A program made the position numbers and the translations under genes. From Balanoglossus misakiensis (taxonomy: Eukaryota; Animalia; Hemichordata): a stretch of DNA of 64,000 bases. The notes beneath the pieces were generated by a model. It was not told the DNA's origin and searched no databases. It saw nothing but the letters and a program-made list of their open reading frames with translations. Within the stretch, counting starts at the first letter, position 1; the number at the start of each line of letters is the position of its first letter. The DNA is taken from contig CM082589.2 in the NCBI GenBank assembly GCA_040954595.2, forward strand, positions 4,292,213 to 4,356,212, written 5' to 3'. Below are positions 62,671-64,000 of the stretch, in pieces.

Positions 62671-64000
62671 GATAACACCACGTACTGAGAATGTGACCAC
62701 TGGCCGGGGTTATGGGATGCTTGTTTGATTGTACTACACCCATCCATTTTTCTTTGGAGTAAAAATAAATCATTTTAATTGATATGTGACTGCGTGTTTT
62801 TGTGTTAACATTCTATCCCCTATGACCAGATTCAGACACAAACTGTTAAATTTCGCACTGTATATAGGCCTAGATGTAATTAAAGCTGCAAAGATATTGT
62901 TGGCTGGATGAACCCACTGACCAATTACGACAGAAGCGACCTTGCCATTACCTTCCTCAGACGGAGTACTCATAAAGCATGAACACCTTTATGACTAGTT
63001 TGGGGTTAAGACTCACTTTCATAGCACAGGCAAGAAACATTACAGTTAGGGCAAGAAAAGTGCACTTGTATTGTCGAAACTAAAGACAGAGGTTAGTTGA
63101 TAAATCCACCACTGATGGCGCTGTGTTCGACCACATACCGGTAAGTACTCCACCACAGAGACGTGAGGCACTGGGGGACAGGAAACTTACCTAGCCGTAC
63201 AGTTTCTTTATGTGTGACCTCCCAATTTATCATCTTTCCACCCAGCTCCCGTCCACCCACCCCCACCACATCCCCCGACCCGGAGAACCAACTGCAGCTG
63301 TTTTTAGCAGTGCGCTGGGGGAGCTCACTGGCAGATAATTTGTAATCTGTGCATTCGTCAGACCCAATCATACGGCATATTTTCGGAATATATATCCAGA
63401 CTTGTTCGCAATACCGTCCAATAAATTAACTTGATATATAATACTGCAATAATATAATGTGCTTTATTTTTTTTAACACATTCAGGGAATAGCCTACGAA
63501 CTAGCGCCCGTTCTCGGCTCCAGGGGCGGAGGGAATGATGAAATTTCTAGTACGATAAAACGCCTGCTTGTATACGTCACAGAGTCTTTCAATATCCGCA
63601 TGTTTTGCTGAAAATTACAGTATACTCTTTATTCAAAAGATTATGTGTAAGCTTATGAATAACGTTTTAAAAATACGTATCCAAGCACCCTGCATAGCAA
63701 CGTTGTCATGGAGGTCACGTGACACGAGTAAAAGGTGGACCAGTTTCAAGTCGAAGATAGCATATCAATACGCCCGTCCGATGTTTGTGATTTCCTCAGC
63801 ATTTAGGGGCCAGTCATACATTTTTAGACGTTGAATAGTTCACTACAGTGTTTTAGTGGAAACATTCGTAAGTAATTTAGGTTTAAGCTGAATATTTTAG
63901 TGGGATTCTATTTCTACTGCGGATGTATTTTACTTGTTGTTACTCGTGCTGAGGACGTCAGGTCCTTCGGTTCAAATTCCGTTTCTTCCGTACAGGAAGT

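Larger units (their letters stand above)
54596..63123. repeat. Large inverted duplication (palindrome), arms ~4.25 kb each, 26-bp spacer
   Basis: Inner ends AGGCGAGAAAATGCGTGAT (58827-58845) and ATCACGCATTTTCTCGCCT (58872-58890). Outer ends CAGCGCCATCAGTGG (from 54596) and CCACTGATGGCGCTG (to 63123). Mirror-image ORFs in the ORF track, e.g. 57565-57825(-) identical to 59918-60178(+). Confidence 0.97.

Noticed and set aside
54596-63123. Palindrome as a giant foldback transposon or viral/Polinton element
   Set aside because: No transposase, integrase, polymerase or capsid ORF and no evident target-site duplication; the content is a spliced cellular-type gene

Overview
Intron-rich animal genomic DNA, probably from an invertebrate (the taxon is inferred, not determined). 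Three main components. (1) A ~40 kb CSPP1 gene (centrosome and spindle pole-associated protein 1) on the + strand, ATG 7739 to TGA 48164. It has over 50 hand-called GT-AG exons, including two long runs of frame-preserving cassette exons and microexons and an in-frame SAM-domain-like exon not known from vertebrate CSPP1. (2) An 8-exon PREB/SEC12 gene (Sar1 GEF) on the - strand, 54499 to 51414, convergent with CSPP1, with a back-to-back pair of poly(A) signals between the two genes. (3) An ~8.5 kb palindrome (arms ~54596-58845 and ~58872-63123, 26-bp spacer containing a mini-hairpin). Each arm carries an intact copy, in five coding exons, of a 499-aa Pro/Arg/Lys-rich orphan gene, and the two copies are transcribed away from the axis. 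Introns contain several short non-autonomous DNA transposons (TTAA- and TA-flanked) and microsatellites. The first ~7.5 kb looks non-coding. All exon boundaries were read by eye from splice sites and frame continuity; no alignment or database search was run.
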